Source: Trichoplax sp. H2
Taxonomy: Eukaryota
Reading direction: 5' to 3'
DNA length: 64,000 bases
Assembly (NCBI GenBank): GCA_003344405.1
Contig: NOWV01000001.1
Coordinates: forward strand, 1,116,001 to 1,180,000
This document shows, piece after piece, positions 13,016 to 25,922 of the stretch; the stretch's first letter is position 1, and every line of letters starts with the position of its first letter. Below the pieces are notes generated by a model. The model was not told the DNA's origin and did not search any database. It saw only the letters and a list, made by a program, of their open reading frames with translations. The position numbers were made by a program, and so were the translations under genes.

Positions 13016-16000
13016 GTACACGCCATTAAGAATAGTGTTTTAGGCGTATGCTCTGACATACACTCTGTAAAACTTTAGGACTACAGTAGTTAGGAGAATA
13101 ATTGAACTTATTTGTTTGTTGTAGTCATTACTTTTTAATTAGGCAATTAGGCATAGCACTTAAGATTAATTTATTTTGATTATATATATCAACTGGAACC
13201 TTTTAGGTCGAGATTGCAGACTATAAATTTATTTAAAATATCCGGACTTTCACTACTGGTCCTTTTAAAATAGTCTTAGCCTAATTCTATCTTCGATTTC
13301 AGCTATCTTTCTGCACTATGAACTTTACTATGACCATTGCGTCTGATTTCATGTCAGCGGTACACCACAATTAATTATTAATGACTCTATACAGTACTGT
13401 CAAATAAATAATCGTAATTTAGTCGAATTTAAAATTCAGCACAAGAAGCAGATCTGGTAAGCAATTATTATTTAATACTACCTCAACAATATATCCAAGC
13501 GGTATAAGGCTTGAGCTGTATTAATTTATCCAATTCATTCTATTTACTGTCAATGATGTAACGCTTCATCATCTATTTATTCATGCCTGCTATAATACAT
13601 ACTGATAAGTTGGAAGAGTGATTTAGTTTTCCCTGGAATGTAGGCTGTAAATAGATTAACGTTTGCATTAATATTAGTTTAGACGTTAATAGCAACCAAA
13701 TTATAAGTAAACGAATATTAAAATTAACATTGTAGCTTTGTTTTCTCGTATCAGATTATTACTCTTGCAGTAACTTCAGCGAGAGAATCAGAACACTAGT
13801 ATATGAATATCTTATAGTTGAAGATATAAAATCTTCAATTATCTCTCCATTTAATTCGATAGATTGTATTTACTCTGAGGTAGCAGTATTAACGGAACTA
13901 TACCAGGTCTTATTCTAGTAATAAGTTACCAATAATTAATTAATAGATTAATTTTAGAGAGCAGAGAAATATTTACTACTTTAGATCTTTTACAAGTTCA
14001 TTAAAATCTTCTTATACTGTAATTGCAAAGTTTGGATATCTGTATGATAATGGCACAGCAATCTAGTCTAAATAGTAAAATGCATGTTATCAGAATTGGC
14101 ACTCTATGCACTGGAGTAATTTCTCTAAAACCAATAGAAAATTTATTTCAGATCTCAATAATGAAACTATTCCGGCCTACAAATAGGACTATATTTATTG
14201 CTGCATTGTTATAGAAATAGTAGAAGATGACGAGTAATTATAGTTAAACGATTTTACAGTAGCAAAATTCCTAAATTTATAAGTTGAAATAATTTATATT
14301 CGCTACTAACTGTAATGAATGCAGATAAATACAGTTTATACATTTTGTATATTTTGATCAATTGAACTTAAAAGAAAGGCATCAGATAGGTGTAGTCGCA
14401 TATTCTATATGTATTGATCACTTTAACGAAAATATCTATCAGTAAAATATCGTAGTCATATTATGAACTATTTTCATCCTACTGTTTGTCTTATATTAAG
14501 TATAATATGATTGATAATGAATATTGTTTTGAAAGCGAATGCAACAAGAACCAATTACTAGTGGTTGAAGTCTCGACAATATGGCATTTTGCTCATGTGA
14601 CAGGTTAGCTTTATTGATTGAGTGAGGGAATGTTAGAGGTGAAGGTTAGAAAAAAATCAAGGTTAGGTGTGGTATTTATTGATAGTGGAAATGAGTTAAC
14701 AGATGGAGTCAAGGATTTGAACTATTTGCCAACGAAAACATGTTTACAAAAGTTGAATAAAGGAGTCCGATATTACATTGGTGGCAATTCATTTTGAATT
14801 CACAAAATTTAAGCTTTACAATATTTAAGACAAAATATTATTAATAGTTTTTTGTCGCAATAGTTGATATTAAAATAAAAATATAGTACTGTTGTGATAA
14901 ATTTGATCAGCGACTATAATCACTTTTAAAAGATTTGCATGTCAGAAGTGGCATGCTGATAAAAGCTAGATTCTAATGTAAGAGTCGTAAATATCTTATT
15001 TCCAATCCTCTTTGTTAAAGCTTGATATTAAAACTAGACCTTACTATTTAGAACTTTATTTAGCGTGCTGTATTCCACTACGATTGGATCATACGTTTAA
15101 TCTGACGGTACTTCTGCTATTTACATATTTATCGTTAATTAATTATTGTTGGTACGAATAAGCTGAAGGTTAAAATAATTCATTTGTTCAGACTTCAGAA
15201 TAAATTGATACTACTATCATACATTTAAAAGATATGACCCTGCTCTCTTCTAATAACAATTGATGGATAAAATAGGAGGAATTTAGGTATATTAAATATC
15301 GAGATTTGCTCTCTATAAGATTAGCTGCCTGCTGTCATCTATTGTGACCTAGATAAAACGTTCATAGTAGCTGATTATGAAATAAGTTTAATAAATAAAA
15401 CTCAAATTGATACTAGTCACATCGTGTTCGATATTTAATTCAGGCATGTTTTTAATACCGTGATTGACCGATAAAGGCCAGTTTTTCCCCTAATAATATA
15501 TATCTTACACGAATAATTTATTCATAATTGCACCTACATTTAACCAGCTGAATTATACGTAATTTTTAGTATATAATAAAATTTAAATATGATATTAGTT
15601 TGCATAGATAATCTGTAACATTTGCTATTCTAGTCATAGGTGGGTACATAAGGCTAATTTCTTCCTATAATAAATTTCTCACTTGAGTGAGATAATCATA
15701 ATAACAATTGCGGTCAATAACCTGCTTAAGCAATATTTACAATTTGTAATGGCTTGCATCTAAATAGAATTTAAATTTTACATGAAGTTGCGTACTGTCA
15801 AATCTAATTCTGTATTGTAGAAAATAATCAGTTTAATTTTATTTGTAATGTCATTTATATACTTTTTTCATATAACATCTCGATTTATTAAATGCCCAGA
15901 TACGATTAAGAGCTTTTTATATCGTCAAACACATACACTATACTATAATATGCAATTTTGCTTAAGGAAATACAGTAATTCGAATTGAAAATTTACAGTA

Positions 16001-17280
16001 ATTCAATACAATCTTACATATATCCAGTGTGAATATTTAAGCTCAATTTTAAGCCTTTCTTTACACTTTAGTAAGATAGCAGTAGTCTCGTTCACTATAG
16101 TTTCTTAATAGTAGGGTGGATAAAATAGCGGCAGCAAGTACTGTATATTCATGATATAAGATAAGATTTAATTGTACCGTATCTTACACATTCGAATGCC
16201 ATAACAGTATGCATAAAAGCAAACCTTCTTACAAAGATCTTTTAAGATTTCACTCCTCATTTTTATTGTTATGAGCTTTACCCTATATGAAATGTAGCTT
16301 ACTATAGCATGATTATACTATACCCTTTACAAACCTGTACCAGTTTAATTCTGACATTATTAATTTACTTTTTCATATAAACTATTAACTATTTGTATTT
16401 GTTGAATGTATATGTTATGTATACTAAATATATATATATGGATTTTGTATAGCATAATTAATATGAGTATTTATCCATCTTATATTACAGCTCATGTCTA
16501 CCGTTAGTAAATTTGCTTAATTCATGTTAAGCGCCATGCATATACGCAACGTATAATATAATAACTATAAAGAATGATCAGTGTCTTACAATAGGATTAG
16601 CTAATGTTAGGGTTAGCGTTAGCTATGATTCAACTCTAGCATTAGTTTGTATGCTCATTTTACCCTAAATATCCGAATATAGAATGGCAAAAGCAATAGG
16701 AAACAAGACTATCATTAAGATATAATTTAATAATAGTTTTCGGTGTCTTACATAACCATAATAGCGATAATACAATAGTAAAACTAAAATTACGACATTA
16801 AAACTATTTAACTCCATCTGCTTGAACTACCAGGATATATTGAATATTATTTTGATCTAAATATCAAGGGCATATTATAAGTTAATCTAATTAGAGAAAT
16901 TAGAATTTAATTCTATTTATCGACATATGACCAATGCTGTAGATTAACAAGTCTTTCTGGTTAGAAACCTTTGAAACAATATGGATTAGCTTGATGGGTA
17001 GTATCAAAAGTGTAGCTCAAATAGGATATATTATCTTATTTTTGAAAATTAAAATACCTAATTATGATATCATAGCTAATTACATAAATGGTCAATGAGA
17101 ACATATCATTTATTATCACATTTAATTTTATTATAGTTTATCCATTAGTGAAATTGACTTCCAGGACAACTCCAACGCAGTTACGCATATTAGAACTACC
17201 TTACTGCTGTAAATCATATGATTTATTGAATAGTAAATATTACCGATGATAATCTAAACATCGAACTACGTAGCTAGACC

Positions 17281-20200
17281 CTAGTCAATACTGGATGGAC
17301 TAATTCGAATATTTGCGAGATGTTCACTGTTAGACCTTCTAAACTTAGACTTTATTCCGTTTGATCTTACATTATGTGATGAAATGCTTTCATTGACTTT
17401 AAAATTATGGATATTAGTGGATAAATTACCACGAACAGATGTTGATGAAGCCATTGATTCGGGGCGCCTTTTTTCTCGTATACTTTGCATTCGTCGGCTA
17501 ATTTCACGTTTGCTTCTTTTCGTTTGTTGAAAGCATTTATCATAGATGTATTCAAAAAATTCGAACATGGTAAGGAAACTACCGCCAACAAAAAGTCCTA
17601 ATTGACCACCAAAATCACCTAATCAATGTAATTCAAAGAAGAGAAATAGGTTGATTAAAAAGTAGCCTTTATATCACTCTTTACATCTTAATAATATATC
17701 CATGTGATAGTAGTGACTTGTTATTTCTTAGGGATAATTACTTAGAAATGCCACAAATCCGCTAGCCTGTTTTTGGATTGTCTTAAATAGGTATAAGTCC
17801 TTATAATAGACATCAAGGAAAGCAAAATTTTCGCTAGAATAAGTAAAAATAACGGTTATGTTGATAAATAATTCTAGTATCATATAAATTGACTATAATT
17901 ATACAACGAAATCAAACAATGAAATTTTGTTTCATGAGTTTTAATTAATATTTTTATAGTAACTTCCTTCTGTAACGAACTGCATAATAATTCTAACGCG
18001 AAAATAGTTATGTTTATAATGAGGAAGTACGAGGTATCCCGATATGCATTAGTATTTGCACTACACATTATATTTTGATTTTATCAAGCGATGTAAGACT
18101 AAATTAAACTTGTTAATCACACTTGAACAAAGATAGGAATTTCTGAGTAACCATCTAAGCTAGAGGTATATTGACTATAGTAAATGCCGCAGTAGTAATA
18201 ATCTCCTTGAAAAAATGCAAGGATTTTAATATGTAAATATTAATGCTAACATAAAACGTTGCCGATATACATTATGTAAACGATAGAAGACTACAGTATA
18301 TGGTTATGAAACTAAAATAAATTTGTTGACACCACTAGAGTAGCGAATAATTTTATGGAAAGGTACAGGTATTTTAATACGTAATTATTAAAATTGTTAT
18401 CATATATTAGAAAATATTCTACATCCGATTTTGTCAGACATTATTTTATTACAAAATTCAGATGAACTGATTAACAACATTATGTTTGAGAAAGGATTTT
18501 AAGGAGTTTATAATCGCTTTGATACCGTATGAATTCCAATTTGGACATTGTCAGATTTAGGCCTTGATTTCTTGCATTTTCAATTATTTTAGTCACATTG
18601 TATTGATCGCTAATGTCGTTAACCACAACTTGGGAAGGGATTAACGCATACGACACTTCGACGTTGTATTCTGTTTGCACGCAAGCCACAGGACATACAT
18701 TTGCATTGATACCGACACTAACTGGATTAGAGCTACCTATGAAGGAAAAGCGCTTCTTTTAATTTACTAACAATGAAGTAATAGAGATAGTTCAATATTT
18801 TCTTATCTAGGCAGAATAGCATATTATCGAATAGATAAACCTACTCATAAGTGGTAAAACGCATTCAAGCATTATTTCAGGTGAACATGGAGTTAAATTT
18901 CCTTTAATTTAGAGAGCGTGAGATCGGAAAAACAATAATTAAGATATCTGAGATATTTTTGTTTAAACGAAATACTCTTATTATACATTATTATTATTAT
19001 GAAATTTGCACATATTTTCGTATTTTAGTCTAACTTATTAATATCTATTCTTAGAGTGAAATCTGATAACAAACGTCTATCAATTATCAATGTACGTTCT
19101 AGCAAATATTTTCATGAAATGTCTAGCAAATAGCATTATATAATATCTAGTTAATAGCATTATATAATATCTGGTAAATAGCTTTATATAATACTATTTA
19201 TTCTAGTATTATCATACGTCTATTATCTCTCGTTTAAGCTTAATAATGTACATCAAAACATATCACTGCAGTCACTCTAGCTTGTTATTACTGTAAATAG
19301 TATTTAGCACTATCCTTGCTTATCCTGTAAGGCTTTGGTTGAGCTATAAATATAGTCGGCATGCAAAATTGAAAATACAGTAAAACTATTATGATTTAGT
19401 ACTTTAAATTGGCTTGTTTAGGACTTACTAGCATGGTGTGGCTCAACGCATCCGCATCTTTGCAATATGAAATCAATTTCTTTTTCTCTCCTGCATGATG
19501 ACACCGAATAATGATCGAAATACTTGAGCTTTTGTGAACCACATTGACCCCATGGTTTTGGTAGGCCTTCAATAACCTTATTTAATTTAAGATAAATCTT
19601 CATTGTCACTGATATGATTACAATTATTCAATTATTATTACGATTCATTTGCAGTTAAAATGTAAACTTTTATCGCAATATTCAGATCTTATAATTTACT
19701 TTCACACTCCAGATATTAATTCAATTTTATAACTATAACTTCATATCTGTACCGAATGGTAATTAAAGATTATATTGTCTTTTGAGGGTCATTCGGTAAT
19801 TGATATTAGGTAAGTATTGATTATAGCAACTTTTATATTGTGATTGCACCGCAAGCAGGTACGACTAGTTATGTAAGGTAAAATCAACCTACAAGTACAG
19901 TACACTCGTACTAAAATATAAATTACTACCAATCAATGTAAGTATCTCAACGATGATTTTAGAGAATAATATGATGTTTTTAGGTTTTTAAATACTAAAT
20001 AATCATTAACGTGTGATAAATCTAGCATAGGAATATTAAATAGGACTATCAATTGTGATAACGATATTTATACAGTATTGAAAAACTATAAATCCTTAGC
20101 GATTCATGATTGTAAACTATCGGTATTAACTCAGAAATTATTGCATGGAATTACAGATTGAAATAGCTGTACTTTAGATTAATTATCAGTCATAAGATAT

Positions 20201-22200
20201 TCTTTTGCATATAGATTACGGCTAATATCCAATAAAGAAGAAAAAGTATCAGTATGCTAATACTTGTCCACAATTTGATCACTGATGTATGCTATTAACT
20301 TACATCAGCTCCAGGTATGCTGGCATAGGCATGCATACCAGGCGGTATGGACATTCCTTCAGCATCCATTTCAGGTAAATCAGCTGTAGAATGGACAGCA
20401 AATCGTATTCCTGCATCTGGTGAACCATACGATAATTTTCCTGAGTATTTATATTGTTCAATATTCAAAACTAAACGTAGTCCGTGTGCAGAGCCTTTCC
20501 CACGCTGAGATAACATACCTTCTTTTTTCGCACCTATTGATACATTAGAAAAGAATCGCTCATTACTTAAGGACCAATATGCATCTAAAGACAACGATTT
20601 TAACTGCTAATGTTATCATTATGATTGGGATGAAAATAGAGTTTTGTGGAGTTTATTAAGCTCTACGTTATAGCAGCTAAAGATGTTAAATTAGCATAGG
20701 CAGGCATCTGTTAATAAACTTATGCACAGCTGTAATACTGTTATCAAATTGGCCTTAGCATCACGATATTGCCATAGGAGAAGGCTATTACAGTTTTATA
20801 TTCTAAAAGGATGTTATACTTTAGGTAAAGAATAAACTTACGAAAAGTTTTCGTGTTACTAGAGATTACAGCTTTACTTGTTAATTCGTATGACAGCAAA
20901 AATTAGAATTACTGTATATGGAAAATTGATTATGAAATCGAGTTAAAATTGAGGAAATCTTATTCTATTCATTTTTTTATGTAGTGCCACTGTCATTCTC
21001 GTCTAAAAAATGGCGACTTACTAATTACTAAACAAAATAGCCATAAAAATGTTCGCGATATTAATAATATGGAACAATAGTCCAAAGCAATTTTCTCATG
21101 GCATTATACGACTTATCATACGAGTATGCAAACGTATTATAGGCGAATATCTTAATAATTTCGGAAGTGATAATAGGGAGTAAGTCAAAATTAGCCTTAC
21201 AGATGGTATTTGCAAATAGTTTTCATAATCTTTAAGGCGTAGCATGTATATGGATTAGGGTAGGAAGATGTGAAGTTTTAAAAAAGAGTGTGTGTACTGA
21301 AAATAAAAATTGAAAAGAAGCTTACAAGCTCTGCGTTCTAGAAAATATATAAAATGAACAGTTATCAACAACTCATCATCCATAGACTTGATCATCGATA
21401 GTAGATCAATAATTTCATCTTAAAAGTATTATCGTCGTGTTCTTTAAAGCCACTTTACACTATAACATCTTTGTTACATTAATCGTCGTAATTTTCTGTC
21501 TATCTGATTAAACTACTTCTATCAATCTTTACTGTCCTATAGAGGAATACATCTATAATATACATGCATCTAATGAGGAATGCTATGCTGTAAAAATAGA
21601 TATCTAAAACAGTATTTCAGTTTTCTGACCTGAATTAAAGGTATAACAATTGCCGTAAATGGTAAAAATGGTTGTAAAATTTTCTGGACCACAAACTTGA
21701 TCATCCCATAAACAAGAGACAATTATATCATTTTTACGATGGCCTAAATCTTGCGTTAAATTTTGTAAATGGAAATCAACTCCTGTTTTATTACGGAAAT
21801 AGCTTGTTGCTAATTCCAGGTCTTTCTTGTTGATAGCTCCTTTTCGATGATAGATTCTAAGAAATGTCTGCAAGTGTCGATTATCTTCTTCCGATAATGC
21901 TGTTTTGGTAAGCTGATTAAAGTTGCAGATGGTTACTGCTGGGAATATTAAGCTATCTTGGTGTATAATTTCGATATCAATATTCGTTGGAAAGGATAAA
22001 ACATACTGCAATAATTGGATACTGCCAATCATGCAACCAACACTAGCTGCTAACGTTACTATCGACCACAAATAACGACGTACTTTGGGAACGTCTTGAT
22101 CGACAATATGTCCAAGCCCATGGCAAGTTGTTCTTTCGGCAAATTTCTTTTCCAAGTTGATCGATTTTGATCTTGGCCTTTGCCAAGGATGAGTATCCAT
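17281..22200 (-). CDS. TadNaC2: ASIC-like DEG/ENaC channel subunit, array copy 2 (~548 aa); probably the proton-activated TadNaC2
   Basis: Exons 22200-21630, 20533-20304, 19576-19429, 18901-18845, 18736-18526, 17833-17742, 17618-17281 join in frame. TTCHG, FPAVTICNFN, YGNCYTFN, TM2 SDFGGQLGLFVGGS. The spliced protein has F70, D75, E77, H80, E104, E105, H109 and K203, the residue numbers I recall from TadNaC2 mutagenesis. The name needs BLAST confirmation. Confidence 0.9.
19122..19192. repeat. Minisatellite, ~23-bp unit x3, in intron 3 of channel 2
   Basis: TCTAG(CA/TT)AATAGCATTATATAATA repeated about three times. Confidence 0.75.
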
Positions 22201-25200
22201 CGTTTAAGTAGACAGATTGTAAGAGCTGTACAGCAGTATCGAAAGTTTGTAATCGTTAATATTTTATAGAGAAGAAGTGGTGATTCGATGAGATGATTTA
22301 ATCCTAACAATTTCCAGTTGTGCACTTTACAATCTACTTTCTAGTAGCGGTTACGGAAATGAATCGTTACTTGAATTATATTACTACCGGCATGATCATT
22401 CTAGAATGAATCACTTCGGTCATTCCACAGCCGGATAAGAAAATATTGGTAATAAAAGAATGATTTTCCACTCTATACAATCAAGAAGAAATAGAAACTA
22501 CTTCAAAGAGTGTTATATTATTATATAAAAAAATGGAAAGTCAATCTGCTATAAGTGCTTTATATGTTGATAGAGTAGAAGGAAAAGCTGAAGTGTTGGA
22601 ATATAAATATAAAATACTCTCTTTCTATAGAATCAATCTTGAAATGGAAGGAAATCGATTACATAGAATTCTTCGTGTGAAAAGGATTATTGCATTGTAG
22701 TTAAAAAGGATTAGGTAAAGTGACAGCGACCCGTTAAACTTATCTCCACCGTAAACGAATTGAAAAGAAAAGCAATGCAAACGATATGCTGAGAATTTAA
22801 AGCAAAATCTTGCTATTTGAACTTGCTACACGCGTAAATATACCATAGAAGAATCAGTTAGTATGGACCAAAGGTAGCGTTCAGGCTGAATTGGGGGGTG
22901 GGGGGGGGGCTGGAAAGAATATTAGATAGAAAATCAATCTTACCAATAGATTATACTGTAAATACAGGGAAAGCCTTAATTATTTCCACTTTGGATGGCG
23001 AGAAACCAAAAAAAGCTATTTAAAATTTTAAGAAACTTTTAATTGATAATTGTATTAGCCAGAACCTGTTGTAAAAACAAATGCTAGGATTAATTAGTTG
23101 CAATCAAATAGTAATTTCAAACTGAATAGAAATATGAAGATCTTAATCTTAGCTCTTCCATGCTTAGATTAATTATTACTATTAAGGAATTTTGATACTG
23201 AATTTGAAGCATTCCTTTAAATTCTTGTAGAAGGGTTAAATTAACAGCTTTTGATAATGACTAGTATCAGCTTTTATATTGTGGTTTTCTTCTCAGAAAG
23301 AGTACAACAAGTTGATACAATTACATGTGCGCGTAGTATTATGTTAAAATTTAAAATTCATATAATGTTAAGCCTAATGTAGAAGACGATGATGCTATTA
23401 AATCGATTAAAGATCAGAAATATTCGTGTAGTGGCGTCGTCAATGCCATGTGGTATCGGAAAGGCTCAAAGTAAAATTATAGGTAGGTTTTAGTCTTGAA
23501 GGACTGATTTCGAACATTTTTGTTTAACTGCAATAAGTTAATTAATCAAATAGCTACACGAAGGTTTTCTATGAAACGAAATGAATTATAATCTAGCTTA
23601 GCAAGCATGAAATCTATAAATGGATTCACAAGTCATTTTAAATGAAGGACTAGTTACTTCTAAAGCTCAAATTTTATAAACCCTGGTCAGGAAATAAGCA
23701 ATAACTCTATTCTCAACTTTCATTACTTACAGATATATTAGTAAAGTTGGCTAGATAGTGGCTAATAGCGTTTAATAATTGGATCACTGACTTGCTCCAC
23801 AATTACAAATACTAACTTTTAAAGGCCTAAAGAGTTTTAAGTTTTCATGTTTAAATCAAGTAAACGACACAAAAATTGTCTAAAACTTCCTCTTTTGAGT
23901 GCAGTTTAAAAGTAATCGCGGCTAAATTCTCGACTGTTGATACTTGGCAGGTACAGGTATACTGGTGTAATGAATTTCAATCCGATGCAGTTAAGAAACG
24001 AGTATAAATTTCAAGATAAATCTCCAAATTCTTTTAGTTTATCAATAGAAAACGAAGTTAAACGGTTGTCGAAGAGTTGAGTACTGCACAGTATGTTTAT
24101 TAGTTCTGAAATGATGCCAGTTTTATTTAGGGAATTAATAATGATACTATTTGGACTTATTATCACCAGAGTCGTAAATATCCATAGATTGTTTTACATA
24201 CTTTCTCTCCGGCTTCTTAATAAGGATTCTTGATGATAACTACAAGACTCATAGTTCAATCGATGCTATATTACTCTAATTTATTGTATAGATTGAAAAG
24301 TCTACGGCAGATAATTTAGCGTGATATTATTGGATCTGTTCATGCAGATCTACCGAAGGGCATTCTAACAACACAGTATTCTATTTTCACATTGTAGAAT
24401 TTGATTCAAGGATAAAGAGAGAAATTCTAATATTATACACTTATTTCATTTTTCCTGCAAAGTCAAGAATTAAAACCTTTCGGAGATGCTTGAGTATTGG
24501 ATTATTTGAGTAGTTTACTGATATTTTGTAATCTTTCGAATAACGTTGGAAGCTCTTGGGTACATGGAGAAAGTTTGATTTACACTCTTATTGGGCATAA
24601 TATCGTCAATGCGATGAAAGAAAGTGTTATTGAGAAATTGACTAGTTTCCATTACAACAAATAATAAATAATCACCAATTTAGTTCGATGTGATTTTAAA
24701 CTAATTTAGACTTTGTCAGATCTTTTTAAATCAGCGTTGATAAAATTGCTTGTATCATTAAATGGAAGCTTTTGACATACATCTCAACTTACAAACCTTA
24801 TCCTATGGTCTTAAGTAATAAAATCTGTCAATGGTTGATTTAATTGCAATTCATTACTTGGTATTTGAAGAAAACGATAGATGATTTGAGCCAGAATTAT
24901 GGAATATAATCACTTTCTATAGGTTGTCTCAAAGTCCTTTCACGAGGAGTAAATTGATAGATGTACACGTAAAATGAATGAAAATATTCTAATTTACATT
25001 TCTATTGAAAAGAAACGTTGCCTGAATAGGATTCGTGATTGTTAATAGTGTTTAATCAAGACTATTCAAAATTCAAGGTAAGTAAACAGAAAATTGTTGA
25101 TTTCAATCATCATAAACAACTGCAGCTGATCCTTTTAATATTAGTCATAAATTCCTCATCAGTATTCATGAGTTCTTAGATTTCCATTAATTGGTGATAA

Positions 25201-25628
25201 CTGGTTATAGTATTCGTATTTTTCATTGGAATGTATTATGTCAATAAGATAATATGGGCGTTCTATAATACTTAATCTAAAGTCGTCATTTACTTTTTAG
25301 ATGAGGTAATACAAAAATTTTCAAATGATCTAATTTGACGACTAATTGAACAAGTTAGAAATTAGGATTAGGACTTGGTTCATCGATACCGAATTCTTAG
25401 TCATTAATGTTTTGGTATGAAATTAGAATAAGGATTTATATAAGAATAATGAGCATGAAAAATCTACAGTGGTCTTGCATAAAAACCTGGTTGATGATTA
25501 TGAAATTACTACTAAAATATCCAGAATATATTAATCTCTACTATTTTGATAGTTATGTTGTAGTGGGAATTTCTTTTGAAGATACTACCTAAATTTCGTA
25601 TGCACTAAAGGACGCAAATATATTGATA

Positions 25629-25922
25629 TCACTTTTCGGATAAAATATTACTGAAGAAATGCCCATAATACAGTATCAGTTCTAACCTAGAAATAACCAC
25701 CAAAGTGGAAAAAGCAGATTAATCTCTTCACTTTTGAAATGTAATATTACTGAAGGAATACGTATAAAATAGTTTCAGTTCTAACTCAGAAACTGCAACT
25801 AAAGCGCGTAAAGTGGATTAATCACCTCACTTTCTAGAATATTACTGCGAAGTATCTTTAAAATAGGTTCGATTATAGTCAAAATTGGCACCGAAGTATC
25901 TAAGTTTACTATTCCTCTCACT
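25629..25922. repeat. Diverged tandem repeat, ~99-bp unit x3
   Basis: TCACTTT...AATATTACTG recurs at 25629, 25728 and 25827; the first two units also share TCAGTTCTAAC and GATTAATC. The frames I translated contain stops. Confidence 0.7.

Noticed and set aside
14629..14796. ~55-codon purine-rich ORF (MLEVKVRKKSRLGVVFIDSG...)
   Set aside because: Short, no family resemblance and no convincing exon partners.
16606..16623. TTAGGG-like hexamers (GTTAGGGTTAGCGTTAGC)
   Set aside because: Only one perfect unit; too short to call an interstitial telomere.
10000..17200. Search for a neuropeptide-precursor gene beside the channels
   Set aside because: No ORF with a signal peptide and repeated cleavage or amidation motifs was seen here or in the other inter-channel spacers.
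23380..24975. Patchy protein-like reads on the + strand between channels 2 and 3 (e.g. FEPELWNII), possibly a decayed transposase
   Set aside because: Frequent stops, no catalytic motif and no terminal repeats found; unsupported without BLASTX.
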